Position numbers and translations under genes: made by a program
Notes under the pieces: generated by a model
What the model saw: the letters and a program-made list of their open reading frames with translations, nothing else
Databases searched by the model: none
Told to the model about the DNA's origin: nothing
Assembly: GCA_036005125.1 (NCBI GenBank)
Contig: DASYQV010000311.1
Location: 5,618-69,617 of the forward strand
DNA length: 64,000 bases
DNA from: Vicinamibacterales bacterium
GTDB taxonomy: Bacteria > Acidobacteriota > Vicinamibacteria > Vicinamibacterales > UBA2999
Reading direction: 5' to 3'
In this document: piece after piece, positions 1 through 9,234 of the stretch
Numbering within the stretch: position 1 is the first letter of the stretch
Layout of the letters: each line of letters starts with the position of its first letter

Positions 1-1941
1 GGCCGCGACACCGCGAAATACCTGCAGGAGCAGGTCGTCACGGATCGCAACGGGCGCTACGTGCTCATCGTGCGGGCGGAGCACCGCTCCGCTATTCCCG
101 GCATCGTTCACGGCTCCTCGGCGAGCGGCGCGAGCCTGTTCCTCGAGCCGCTCAGCACGGTCGAGATCAACAACGACATCGTCGCGCTCGAGGAGCAGGA
201 GGCCGAAGAGGTCCGGCGGATTCTGCTCGCGCTGACCGATGCGTTCCGCGGTCGTCCGGCCGAGCTGCGCCGCACCATCGACGTGGCCACCGAGCTCGAT
301 GTCATCCAGGCGAAGGCGCGCTTTGCGCAACTGGTGGACGGCGTCGAACCGATCATCGCGCACGATGGCGCGTTCGAGCTGCGCGGAGCCCGGCATCCGC
401 TGCTCATGGGTCGCGTGAACGACCGGTTGAAGGACGGTCGTCAGGGCGGCGTCGAGCCCGTGCCGGTTGATATCCTGCTCCTCCCGCCGGTCAATGTGCT
501 GCTGATAACCGGACCGAACACCGGCGGCAAGACCGTCGCGCTCAAGACGGCGGGGTTGCTGGCCGCAATGGCGCAGGCAGGGCTGCACGTGCCGTCGGAG
601 CATGGCTCGCGGCTGCCGGTTTTTCGATCGCTTTTCGCGGACATCGGGGACGAGCAATCGATCTCGGCCAGCTTGAGCACCTTCTCGGCGTACATCACGA
701 ACGTCGTGTCGATGGACCGCGACCTCGTGCAGCCCGCGCTGATCCTGCTCGACGAGGTTGGCGCGGGGACCGATCCCGTCGAAGGCGGCGCGCTGGGCAC
801 GGCGGTCATCGATCACTTCCGCCGTCGCGGCGCGCACGTCGTGGCGACGACGCACTACGACTCGCTGAAGTCGTATGCGTCCACCAGCGAAGGCGTCGCA
901 AGCGCCGCGTTCGGCTTCGATCCGGAGACGTTCGCGCCGACGTACCGGCTCGTGTACGGCTCGCCGGGCCGCAGCCTGGCGCTCGAGATCGCGGCGCGGC
1001 TCGGGATGCCACCCGATGTGATTGCCTCGGCCCGGGCAAATCTCAGCGAGCGCGAAAAGCAGTTGGCCCAGCACCTGGCAAAGATCGATGGCGATCTCCG
1101 TTCGCTCGAGCACGAGCGGCGCCTCGTGGCCCGGGAGCGGGAAACGATCGCCGAGTCCGAGCAGCGTCTGCGGGTGCGCGAGGACGCTGTTCGCCAGCGC
1201 GAGGACACGTTCCGCCGCCGCTTGAACGAGCAGCTCGACGATCAGCTTCGCGACGCTCGCCGCGAGATCGACACGGTCATCGACGGCTTGAAGACGCGCG
1301 CGACGGAACTGGCTGAACAGGCCGCGCGCCGGGCGGCCCACGCGATCTCGACCGGCGATGCGGGGAGCGTGCGGGCCGAGGCCCGGGCCGCCGTCGATCG
1401 CGTTGTCGAGCGGTTGAAGCAGGCTGATGAGTCGATGCCCACGCCGGAGCACGGCGATGCCGCCGCGCGACAGACGCCGCCCGCGCCCGCCGCGCAGCTG
1501 ATGGCCGGCGCTCGCGTGTCCGTCGGGGCACTGGGCCTCGAGGGGACGGTGATCCACGTGCACGACGGCCACGCGGAAGTGGACGTCCGCGGCAAGCGGC
1601 TTCGTGCCGCCCTGCGCGATGTGCGCGTGATTGCCGGTCCTGCGCCGACGGCGGGAAGCGTCAGGGTGAATATCGACCTGCAGCCGCGTGAAGGCTCGCT
1701 GACCGATCTCAATGTGATCGGCTGCACCGTCGACGAAGCGCTGACGCGCACCGAGAAGTTTCTCGATGAAACCACGGTCACGGATCAGCGCACCGTACGT
1801 CTGATCCACGGGCACGGCACCGGTCAGCTGCGACGCGCGCTTGCCGACTTCCTGAAGTCACATCCGCTGGTTGCGCGATTCGAAACGGCCCCACCGGAAC
1901 AGGGCGGGGGCGGCGTTACTGTCGTGGAGTTAAAAGACTGA
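1..1941 (+). CDS. mutS2: Endonuclease MutS2 (MutS ATPase domain + C-terminal Smr domain); 5' end lies upstream of the window
   Basis: Frame 1 is open from nt 1; Walker A ITGPNTGGKTVALKT, Walker B LLDEVGAGTDP, long coiled-coil linker, Smr motif LIHGHGTGQLR; stop TGA 1939-1941. Confidence 0.9.
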   Translation, partial: GRDTAKYLQEQVVTDRNGRYVLIVRAEHRSAIPGIVHGSSASGASLFLEPLSTVEINNDIVALEEQEAEEVRRILLALTDAFRGRPAELRRTIDVATELDVIQAKARFAQLVDGVEPIIAHDGAFELRGARHPLLMGRVNDRLKDGRQGGVEPVPVDILLLPPVNVLLITGPNTGGKTVALKTAGLLAAMAQAGLHVPSEHGSRLPVFRSLFADIGDEQSISASLSTFSAYITNVVSMDRDLVQPALILLDEVGAGTDPVEGGALGTAVIDHFRRRGAHVVATTHYDSLKSYASTSEGVASAAFGFDPETFAPTYRLVYGSPGRSLALEIAARLGMPPDVIASARANLSEREKQLAQHLAKIDGDLRSLEHERRLVARERETIAESEQRLRVREDAVRQREDTFRRRLNEQLDDQLRDARREIDTVIDGLKTRATELAEQAARRAAHAISTGDAGSVRAEARAAVDRVVERLKQADESMPTPEHGDAAARQTPPAPAAQLMAGARVSVGALGLEGTVIHVHDGHAEVDVRGKRLRAALRDVRVIAGPAPTAGSVRVNIDLQPREGSLTDLNVIGCTVDEALTRTEKFLDETTVTDQRTVRLIHGHGTGQLRRALADFLKSHPLVARFETAPPEQGGGGVTVVELKD

Positions 1942-1961
1942 ACACACGCAGGCCCGACATA

Positions 1962-2243
1962 GGTCAAAGGTCAAAGGTCAAAAGGCAAAGGTCAAAAGGC
2001 AAAGGTAAGGTCAAAGGTTTTGGGTCAAACGTAGAAGGCAAGGGCAAGGTACGGCTCTACCTGAGTCTTGGACCTTGCACTCAACCTTTGCCCTGAAACT
2101 TTTGACCTCACCTTTAGCCTTTGACCTCACCTTTAGCCTCTGACCTCACCTTTGACCTTTGACCTTTGACCTTTGACCTTTGACCTTTCACCTTTGACCT
2201 CTGACCTTTGACCTTTGACCTTTGACCTTTGACCTTTGACCTT
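1962..2243. repeat. Heptamer-armed hairpin/microsatellite: GGTCAAA-type words (left) and TTTGACC words (right, 13 consecutive units 2151-2241)
   Basis: Direct reading: left arm 1962-2035 GGTCAAA/GGCAAA words, apex near 2048-2061, right arm degenerate then 13 x TTTGACC (11 perfect) ending 5 nt before the dnaG ATG. Confidence 0.9.
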
Positions 2244-2246
2244 GAA

Positions 2247-4007
2247 ATGGCTCTGTTTCCTCAGCATTTCATAGACGACCTGAAGAACCAGGCGGACATC
2301 GTCGCGGTGATTCAGGACTACGTCTCGCTGAAAAAGGCCGGGGCCAACTACAAGGGACTCTGCCCGTTTCACGCGGAGAAGACGCCGTCGTTCCAGGTGA
2401 ACCGCGACAAGGGCTTCTTCTATTGCTACGGCTGTGGCGTTGGCGGAGACGTGTTCAAGTTCCTCGAGCTTCACGAGAAGGTCGGATTCCAGGACGCGGT
2501 CAGGCTGCTGGCGCAACGGTTCGGCATGCCGCTGCCGGAGATGGAAGCCACCGACGAGCAGCGGGCCAACACGGCCGAGCGCGAGGCGCTGCTGAAAGTG
2601 CACGAGGCTGCCGCTGCCTGGTTTCGCGCCCAGCTTGCGACAGCCGACGCCAGAATTCGGAATCAGCTCGCCGATCGGGGTATCGCGCCTGCGACCATCG
2701 ACGCGCTCGGGCTGGGATACGCGCCGACGCTGCGTGACGGTCTCCGGCAGCACCTCCTTGGCCGGGGTTTTTCGGAGGGGCTGCTGATTCGTGGCGGCCT
2801 GGTCGTGCAGCGTGACAACGGGAGCGTGGCAGATCGATTCAGGAACCGGCTGATGATTCCGATTTGCCGGGAGACCGGCTCGGTGATCGCGTTTGGCGGA
2901 CGCGCGGTGGACGCCGACCAGCAACCGAAGTATCTGAACTCGCCGGAAACTCCCGTTTACGTCAAGAGCCGCACACTTTACGGCCTGAACCTGAGCAAGG
3001 CCGCGATACGGGAGGGAGGGTTCGCGGTACTCGTCGAGGGCTACTTCGACTTCGCGCAGGTCTATCAAGCCGGTTTTCAGGCGGTCGTCGCCTCCTGCGG
3101 CACCGCGCTGACCGCGCAGCAGGCGCAGCTCCTCCGGCGCTTCACGTCGAAGGTCGTTCTCAATTTCGATCCGGATACCGCGGGTCAGGGCGCGGCCGCG
3201 AAATCCTCTGAACTCCTTGTATCAGAAGGATTTGATGTGAACGTGGCGCTACTCCCGAGCGGGGAAGACCCCGATACCTTTGTAAGGAGACATGGCCCTC
3301 GGGGTTATGCTGACCGGCTCAGGATGTCTCGGCCGTATCTCGAGTATTTGCTCGATCGGGCCGCCGCCGGTCGCGACTTGACGGGCGACGAGGGCCGGCG
3401 CCAGTTCCTCTCGAGCATGCTGAGCGTGGCCGCCAGGATCCCGGACTCCGCCGCGCGGGATCAGTTTGCCGACCGTCTGGCGCATAAGGCGAGGATTACG
3501 GAAGAAGTTGTTCGAGCCGAGATCCGTAAAGCCGCCGTCGCCAGGAGGACCACCCTGAGCCAGCGCGAGCTCCCCAACATGGGGCAGGCTAAGCAGGCTG
3601 AGAAGGCATTGATATGGGCGCTATTTCACAGCCCCGAGGAAGCCCTTGCCGCGCTCGATGCTGTCGAGGCCCAGGATTTGGAAGGTTTGGCGACGAGGTC
3701 GATCCTCGAGCTGGCCCGCGACGTGCACCGGGAGGGGGCACCTTTACCATCCGCATGGCTCGGGCGTCTAAGTGTGGTGGAGGCTCAGCTGGCTGCCGGC
3801 ATTGCGGCCGACCCGGCCCCTCCCGTTCTGGACCTGTCAGAATGCGTCCGGGAGTTCAAACGCCTGCGTTACGACCGTGAGCAGGCGGCGCTGCAGCGGG
3901 AAATCAACCGGCTCCAGGAGCTCGGCGCTACGGCGCACGGCGCTGAGATCAACGCGCTCTGGGCGCGGAAGCTCGAATTACTTCAGCGAATCGGCGGTTT
4001 GATCTAG
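2247..4007 (+). CDS. dnaG: DNA primase DnaG
   Basis: Zinc finger CPFHAEKTPSFQV..FYCYGCGVGGD, NSPETPVY, TOPRIM EGYFD and DPDTAG motifs; ATG 2247 (MALFPQHFIDDLK) preferred over in-frame 2229, which lies inside the heptamer repeat. Confidence 0.93.
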   Translation: MALFPQHFIDDLKNQADIVAVIQDYVSLKKAGANYKGLCPFHAEKTPSFQVNRDKGFFYCYGCGVGGDVFKFLELHEKVGFQDAVRLLAQRFGMPLPEMEATDEQRANTAEREALLKVHEAAAAWFRAQLATADARIRNQLADRGIAPATIDALGLGYAPTLRDGLRQHLLGRGFSEGLLIRGGLVVQRDNGSVADRFRNRLMIPICRETGSVIAFGGRAVDADQQPKYLNSPETPVYVKSRTLYGLNLSKAAIREGGFAVLVEGYFDFAQVYQAGFQAVVASCGTALTAQQAQLLRRFTSKVVLNFDPDTAGQGAAAKSSELLVSEGFDVNVALLPSGEDPDTFVRRHGPRGYADRLRMSRPYLEYLLDRAAAGRDLTGDEGRRQFLSSMLSVAARIPDSAARDQFADRLAHKARITEEVVRAEIRKAAVARRTTLSQRELPNMGQAKQAEKALIWALFHSPEEALAALDAVEAQDLEGLATRSILELARDVHREGAPLPSAWLGRLSVVEAQLAAGIAADPAPPVLDLSECVREFKRLRYDREQAALQREINRLQELGATAHGAEINALWARKLELLQRIGGLI

Positions 4008-4039
4008 CACAATTCATGTAGCACGGAGGAACGCGAACC

Positions 4040-5740
<1,701 letters not shown>

Positions 5741-5805
5741 TTCTTGATTCTTGATTCTCGATTCTTGATTCAAATCAAGAATCATGAATCGCAAATCATG
5801 AATGA
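5741..5805. repeat. Heptamer-armed imperfect hairpin (ATTCTTG/ATTCTCG words vs TCAAGAA/TCATGAA words)
   Basis: Starts 1 nt after the rpoD stop (TAA 5738-5740) and ends just before the tRNA; centre CTTGATT-CA-AATCAAG. Confidence 0.8.
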
Positions 5806-5810
5806 TTGGC

Positions 5811-5883
5811 GGGCCCGTAGCTCAGCGGTTAGAGCGGCCGGCTCATAATCGGTTGGTCCCAGGTTCGAATCCTGGCGGGCCCA
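5811..5883 (+). tRNA. tRNA with CAT anticodon (elongator Met or lysidine-modified Ile2); no encoded CCA
   Basis: Manual cloverleaf: acceptor GGGCCCG/CGGGCCC, D arm GCTC-AGCGGTTA-GAGC, anticodon arm GCCGG-CTCATAA-TCGGT (CAT at 5844-5846), variable TGGTC, T arm CCAGG-TTCGAAT-CCTGG, discriminator A. Confidence 0.88.
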
Positions 5884-5885
5884 TC

Positions 5886-5915
5886 AGCCTTCGCTCGCGG
5901 ACGCATGCGAAGGCT
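5886..5915 (+). terminator. Stem-loop directly downstream of the tRNA (9-bp stem AGCCTTCGC/GCGAAGGCT, 12-nt loop), no U-tract
   Basis: Perfect 9-bp inverted repeat 5886-5894 / 5907-5915; terminator or processing role is inferred from position only. Confidence 0.35.
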
Positions 5916-6006
5916 GTCCGCCGAAGCCCGAGGGGCGGAGGCGGACTGTGGATCGGCGCGCGAGTCAGGTCACTCGAACGAACGGATGCATGTTCACCAT
6001 GGCGAG

Positions 6007-6753
6007 ATGTCTCCCGATCTCGAGGGTCTAATCCAGCTTCAACAGCTCGAAACCGCGATGGAGGAGGCGCGTCGGTCGATTGCCGCGCATCCCGCGCGCG
6101 TGCAGGACGCCGAGGCGCGATTCGAAGCCGCGAGGCACGCTCTCGAAGAAGCCAGACAGAAGCTGAAGCTCAATCAGGACGCCCGCAGGGCGCTCGAGAA
6201 AGAGGCGGCCGTCTTCCAGACCCGGCTCTCCAAGTTCAAGGACCAGCTCTCCGAAGTCAAAACCAACCGCGAGTACCAGGCGATGCAGAAGGAAATCGAG
6301 GCCGCGCAGGGCGAGCTGCGCTCGGCCGAGGACAAGGTCCTCGAGCGGATGGTCGAGGCCGACAGCCTGGCGGCGGAGGTCAAGCAGGGCGAGACGGCGC
6401 TTGCGGCGCAGCAGAAGGCCGTAGACGCCGAGAAGAACACGCTCGGCGCGGAGCTCACGTCAACCGAGAAGGCGCTGCACGATGCGACCGCGGCGCGGAG
6501 GACGCTCATGGCTCGGATGGAGCCGCGACTGCTCGCGTTGTTCGAGCATGTGATGAAGGCACGGAAGGGTGTGGCCGTCTGCACGGCGGTCGATGGCCAC
6601 TGCTCGATCTGTCACGTGCGGTTGCGGCCGCAGGTCTTCCAGGACGTCCGGCGCAACGACAGCATCATCCAGTGCGAGAGCTGTCAACGCATTCTCTACT
6701 ACGTGCCGCCGCCGCAGCCCGTGCAGCCTCCATCGGCGGCGACGACCTCGTGA
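6007..6753 (+). CDS. Coiled-coil protein with C-terminal C4 zinc ribbon (COG1579/DUF164-like)
   Basis: About 190 aa of heptad-rich coiled coil, then CSICHVRL..CESCQRILY (CxxC-x18-CxxC); ATG 6007 (alt 5986); the longer ORF from 5905 has an Arg/Gly-rich, non-protein-like N-terminus. Confidence 0.75.
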   Translation: MSPDLEGLIQLQQLETAMEEARRSIAAHPARVQDAEARFEAARHALEEARQKLKLNQDARRALEKEAAVFQTRLSKFKDQLSEVKTNREYQAMQKEIEAAQGELRSAEDKVLERMVEADSLAAEVKQGETALAAQQKAVDAEKNTLGAELTSTEKALHDATAARRTLMARMEPRLLALFEHVMKARKGVAVCTAVDGHCSICHVRLRPQVFQDVRRNDSIIQCESCQRILYYVPPPQPVQPPSAATTS

Positions 6754-7199
6754 ATCAACTCTCCCTGTTCGGGTTTTCCAGCGGGCGATCGGCCGTGGCG
6801 AGCATCGACGGCGGGTCGCGCGGCAATCCCGGACCTGCCGGATACGGCGTCCGCATCGAGCAGGACGACGGCACCATCGTCGAGTTGAAGCAGGCGCTGG
6901 GGACCGCTACCAACAACATCGCCGAGTACAACGGATTGCTGGCCGCGCTGACATGGGCCGTCGACCACGGCATCTCGACGCTGCACGTGCGATCCGATTC
7001 CGAGCTCCTCGTCAAGCAGATGCGCGGCGAGTACCGCGTGAAGAATCCGGGACTGCTCCCGCTGCACGAGGAGGCGCGGGCGCTGATGCGACGGCTGGGC
7101 CGCGTGCGGTTCGAGCACGTCCGGCGAGAGCACAACAGGGACGCGGATCGACTGGCCAACGAGGCGATGGACGAAGCCGCGTCCATTCGTGATTCGTGA
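6750..7199 (+). CDS. rnhA: Ribonuclease HI family protein
   Basis: DGGSRGNPGPAGYG, NNIAEYNGLLAAL, SDSELLVKQM, EHNRDADRLAN (DEDD catalytic pattern); GTG 6750 overlaps the upstream stop (GTGA); only the last 150 codons of track ORF 5802..7199 look protein-like. Confidence 0.8.
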   Translation: MNQLSLFGFSSGRSAVASIDGGSRGNPGPAGYGVRIEQDDGTIVELKQALGTATNNIAEYNGLLAALTWAVDHGISTLHVRSDSELLVKQMRGEYRVKNPGLLPLHEEARALMRRLGRVRFEHVRREHNRDADRLANEAMDEAASIRDS

Positions 7200-7277
7200 T
7201 TCGTGATTCTTGATTCCGCTGTGTAGCTCGAATCATGAATCACGAATCATGAATCACGAATCATGAATCATGAATGG
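7185..7277. repeat. Heptamer-armed hairpin (GATTCGT words / ACGAATC-ATGAATC words); 32-bp stem 7185-7216 with 7230-7261
   Basis: Base-by-base pairing gives 32 bp with 1 mismatch and 1 G-U; contains the rnhA stop (7197-7199) and the pgeF stop (complement of 7261-7263). Confidence 0.92.
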
Positions 7278-8079
7278 ATCTGACCTTGATCACGCCCAGG
7301 ATCCTGCCGGTCTTCGAACCCTCCGCCCGGTACGACGGGAAGAGATCGAGGTTCGAGGCGGTACACAGGCCCGACACGTGGACCTTCTCGTCGGACAGCC
7401 CGGCAAGAATCAACTGATCGCGGTTTGCAGCGGAAATGTCGAACCGCAGCGTGGGACCGTCGACGGCGCCCGCGGCGACGCGACTGCCACGGCGCGGAAG
7501 CCACGGGATCGGGAACCATCGGTCGATCAGGTACCGTTCGTGGCCCGCGGCGGCAAATGCGTCAACGACGTCGCTACCGACCTCGTAACAGCACACACCG
7601 ATGCTCGGCCCGATCGCCGCGACGAGATCTGCCGGCCGCGACGAGAACTCGCGCGTCATGGCCGTGACGAGGGCGCCCGCAGCGCCTGCAGCCGTCCCGC
7701 GCCATCCCGCATGCGCGGCCCCGACCGCTCCGGTCCTGCGATCGGCCAGGAGAAGCGGCACACAATCCGCGGCACGAACGACGAGTGCCACATCGGGATC
7801 GTCGGAGACCAGCAGGTCGGCCGCGGGACGGCCCTCAGGCCTCGCCCCTCCCTTGCGGACGACGATGACCTCGCGACCGTGAACCTGGGCCAATGTGACC
7901 AGATTGTCCGGCCCCACGCCGATCGACTCCGCGACCGGACGCCATTCTCCGCTCGACGACAACTGGAGGTGACGGGTGGTAAACAGGTGGGGTGCCACCT
8001 CGTTCAGCGGGGTACATCGGAGCGCAGGTCCCCAGGGTTGATGCACCCACTCGAACGTATCGGGTACCGCTGGTAGCAT
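7261..8079 (-). CDS. pgeF: YfiH/PgeF family laccase-domain protein (purine nucleoside phosphorylase / peptidoglycan editing factor)
   Basis: Family motifs VHGREVIVV, RAADCVPLLL, AHAGWRGT, CCYEVG, CT..DLFPSYR; ATG 8079 (alt 8094). Confidence 0.8.
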   Translation of the reverse strand: MLPAVPDTFEWVHQPWGPALRCTPLNEVAPHLFTTRHLQLSSSGEWRPVAESIGVGPDNLVTLAQVHGREVIVVRKGGARPEGRPAADLLVSDDPDVALVVRAADCVPLLLADRRTGAVGAAHAGWRGTAAGAAGALVTAMTREFSSRPADLVAAIGPSIGVCCYEVGSDVVDAFAAAGHERYLIDRWFPIPWLPRRGSRVAAGAVDGPTLRFDISAANRDQLILAGLSDEKVHVSGLCTASNLDLFPSYRAEGSKTGRILGVIKVRSIHDS

Positions 8080-8086
8080 TACACGT

Positions 8087-8467
8087 GTGGACATTATAGG
8101 ACTTGGCCTCGATGCGACCGAGATTGACCGGGTCGCGAAGACGATCAGCCGTTACGGCGAGCGCTTCGTCCAGCGGATCTTCACCGAGGGTGAAATCGCC
8201 TATTGCCGCGCCAGGCGTGACTTCGCATCGTCGTTTGCCGCGCGATTCGCGGCCAAGGAGGCGGCGATGAAGGCGCTCGGAACCGGCCGCTCGCGCGGCG
8301 TGTGCTGGCGCGACATCGAGGTCGTCCGCTCCGGAGGCCCGCCGCAACTGCGATTTCATGGCGGCGCGGCTGCGCGCTTCGCGCGGATGGGCGCAACCGG
8401 CTCGCTGTTGACGCTGACACACTCGCAGAACCTCGCCATCGCGCACGTGATGCTCGTTCGCGCCTAG
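8087..8467 (+). CDS. acpS: Holo-[acyl-carrier-protein] synthase
   Basis: IGLGLDATEIDRV, ERFVQRIFTEGE, FAAKEAAMKALG, SLTHS; 126 aa, typical AcpS size; GTG start. Confidence 0.88.
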   Translation: MDIIGLGLDATEIDRVAKTISRYGERFVQRIFTEGEIAYCRARRDFASSFAARFAAKEAAMKALGTGRSRGVCWRDIEVVRSGGPPQLRFHGGAAARFARMGATGSLLTLTHSQNLAIAHVMLVRA

Positions 8468-8528
8468 GAGATAGGAGTCAGGAGTCAGAGCGACCCGCGC
8501 TCTTCCTCCTGACTCCTGACTCCTGTCT
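8467..8528. repeat. GGAG-word heptamer hairpin (GGAGATA GGAGTCA GGAGTCA - apex AGAGCGACCCGCGCTCT - CCTCCTGACTCCTGACTCC)
   Basis: Begins inside the acpS stop codon (TAG 8465-8467); same family as 46364-46500 and 55247-55322. Confidence 0.85.
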
Positions 8529-8696
8529 TCCGGCGACAACCACGGTTAACGAATTGTTCGTGGCCTGCTGGCACCGCGTTCGCGCGCGCAGGATAAACCC
8601 ACCTCTCTCATCGACTTTCGGCGACACGGTCCCACTCCTCCGCCCGGCACCCGCATTGCCTCCGTCTGACTCCGTAACGCCTTGACCGGCAAGGCT

Positions 8697-8765
8697 CATG
8701 ATTCGTGATTCGTGATTTCGGACTCGTGATTCAAATCGTGAATCACGAATCATGAATCATGAATT
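8697..8765. repeat. Heptamer-armed hairpin of the GATTCGT family (core stem CGTGATTC / GAATCACG)
   Basis: TGATTCG TGATTCG TGATTTCGG.. then ..GAATCAC GAATCAT GAATCAT GAAT; outer arms pair imperfectly. Confidence 0.75.
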
Positions 8766-8809
8766 TGGTGACTGGTCAGGCAACCCACGTCTGCGGAGAG
8801 AGGAGCACC

Positions 8810-9112
8810 GTGATCGTCAAAATCGTTCCGAACGACAAGAACACGCCGCCCGGCAAGCTCGCCGATGCGGAACTGCACTTCACCGACGGCGTTCTCGAGG
8901 GATTGAAGCTTCTCGGCTTCGCCGTGTGGGAGAGGCGCGTCGGTGGAGGGCGCAACGTGACGTTTCCTGCGCGCCAGTTCTCGGTGAACGGTGAACGCCG
9001 CTCGTTCTCGCTTCTCAGACCGATTGCGGATGCGTCCGCACAGGACCGCATCCGCGAGCTGGTGCTGCAGGCGTATTCCGATCACGAAGAGCGCGCGGCC
9101 ATTCCGTCGTGA
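8810..9112 (+). CDS. Hypothetical protein, possibly SpoVG-like fold
   Basis: GTG 8810 preceded by GAGAGGAG (spacing 5 nt); by-eye pattern similarity to SpoVG (GRNVTFPARQF.. vs G.FVAMPSKR.., RIRELVLQAY vs KIQAAVLTEY); family assignment is tentative. Confidence 0.45.
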   Translation: MIVKIVPNDKNTPPGKLADAELHFTDGVLEGLKLLGFAVWERRVGGGRNVTFPARQFSVNGERRSFSLLRPIADASAQDRIRELVLQAYSDHEERAAIPS

Positions 9113-9127
9113 CTGCAGGACCCGACG

Positions 9128-9232
9128 GATTTGCGATGTGTGATTTGCGATGTGTGATTTGTGATTTGTGATTTCGACTCGTCGGCCGTCGGCGTTCGTC
9201 GCCCTGCGCAATCACGAATCGCGAATCACGAG
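9128..9232. repeat. Heptamer array GATTTGC GATGTGT (x2) GATTTGT (x2) GATTTCG, with partner arm CAATCAC GAATCGC GAATCAC
   Basis: Seven consecutive heptamers from 9128; right arm 9209-9232 pairs with the last three left units only if three U-G wobbles are allowed. Confidence 0.85.
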
Positions 9233-9234
9233 TG

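Noticed and set aside
2133-3068. Minus-strand ORF ending in KVKGQRSKVKGQRSEVKGERSKVKGQRSKVKGEVRG, which looks like a repeat protein
   Set aside because: The repeat peptide is just the translation of the TTTGACC heptamer array, and the rest is antisense to dnaG.
5811-5883. tRNA gene as an integration site for a genomic island
   Set aside because: There is no integrase, no direct repeat of the tRNA 3' end downstream, and the flanking genes (rpoD, zinc-ribbon/RNase H, pgeF, acpS) are core housekeeping.
5802-7199. Single 465-aa ORF spanning the tRNA, the zinc-ribbon gene region and RNase H
   Set aside because: The N-terminal two thirds overlap a tRNA gene and lie out of frame with the well-supported coiled-coil/zinc-ribbon CDS. 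Only the last 150 codons (from GTG 6750) carry RNase HI motifs. N-terminal over-extensions were trimmed in the same way for 48754..50145 (TetR), 53481..55238 (thiolase), 47858..49315 (permease), 42702..43649 (rhomboid) and 11316..12983 (ftsZ).
7185-7277. Strand-specific (RNA-level) pairing bias in the rnhA/pgeF hairpin
   Set aside because: Base-by-base pairing shows only one G-U and one mismatch in 32 bp, so there is no meaningful strand asymmetry at this locus. The argument is retained only for 9128-9232.
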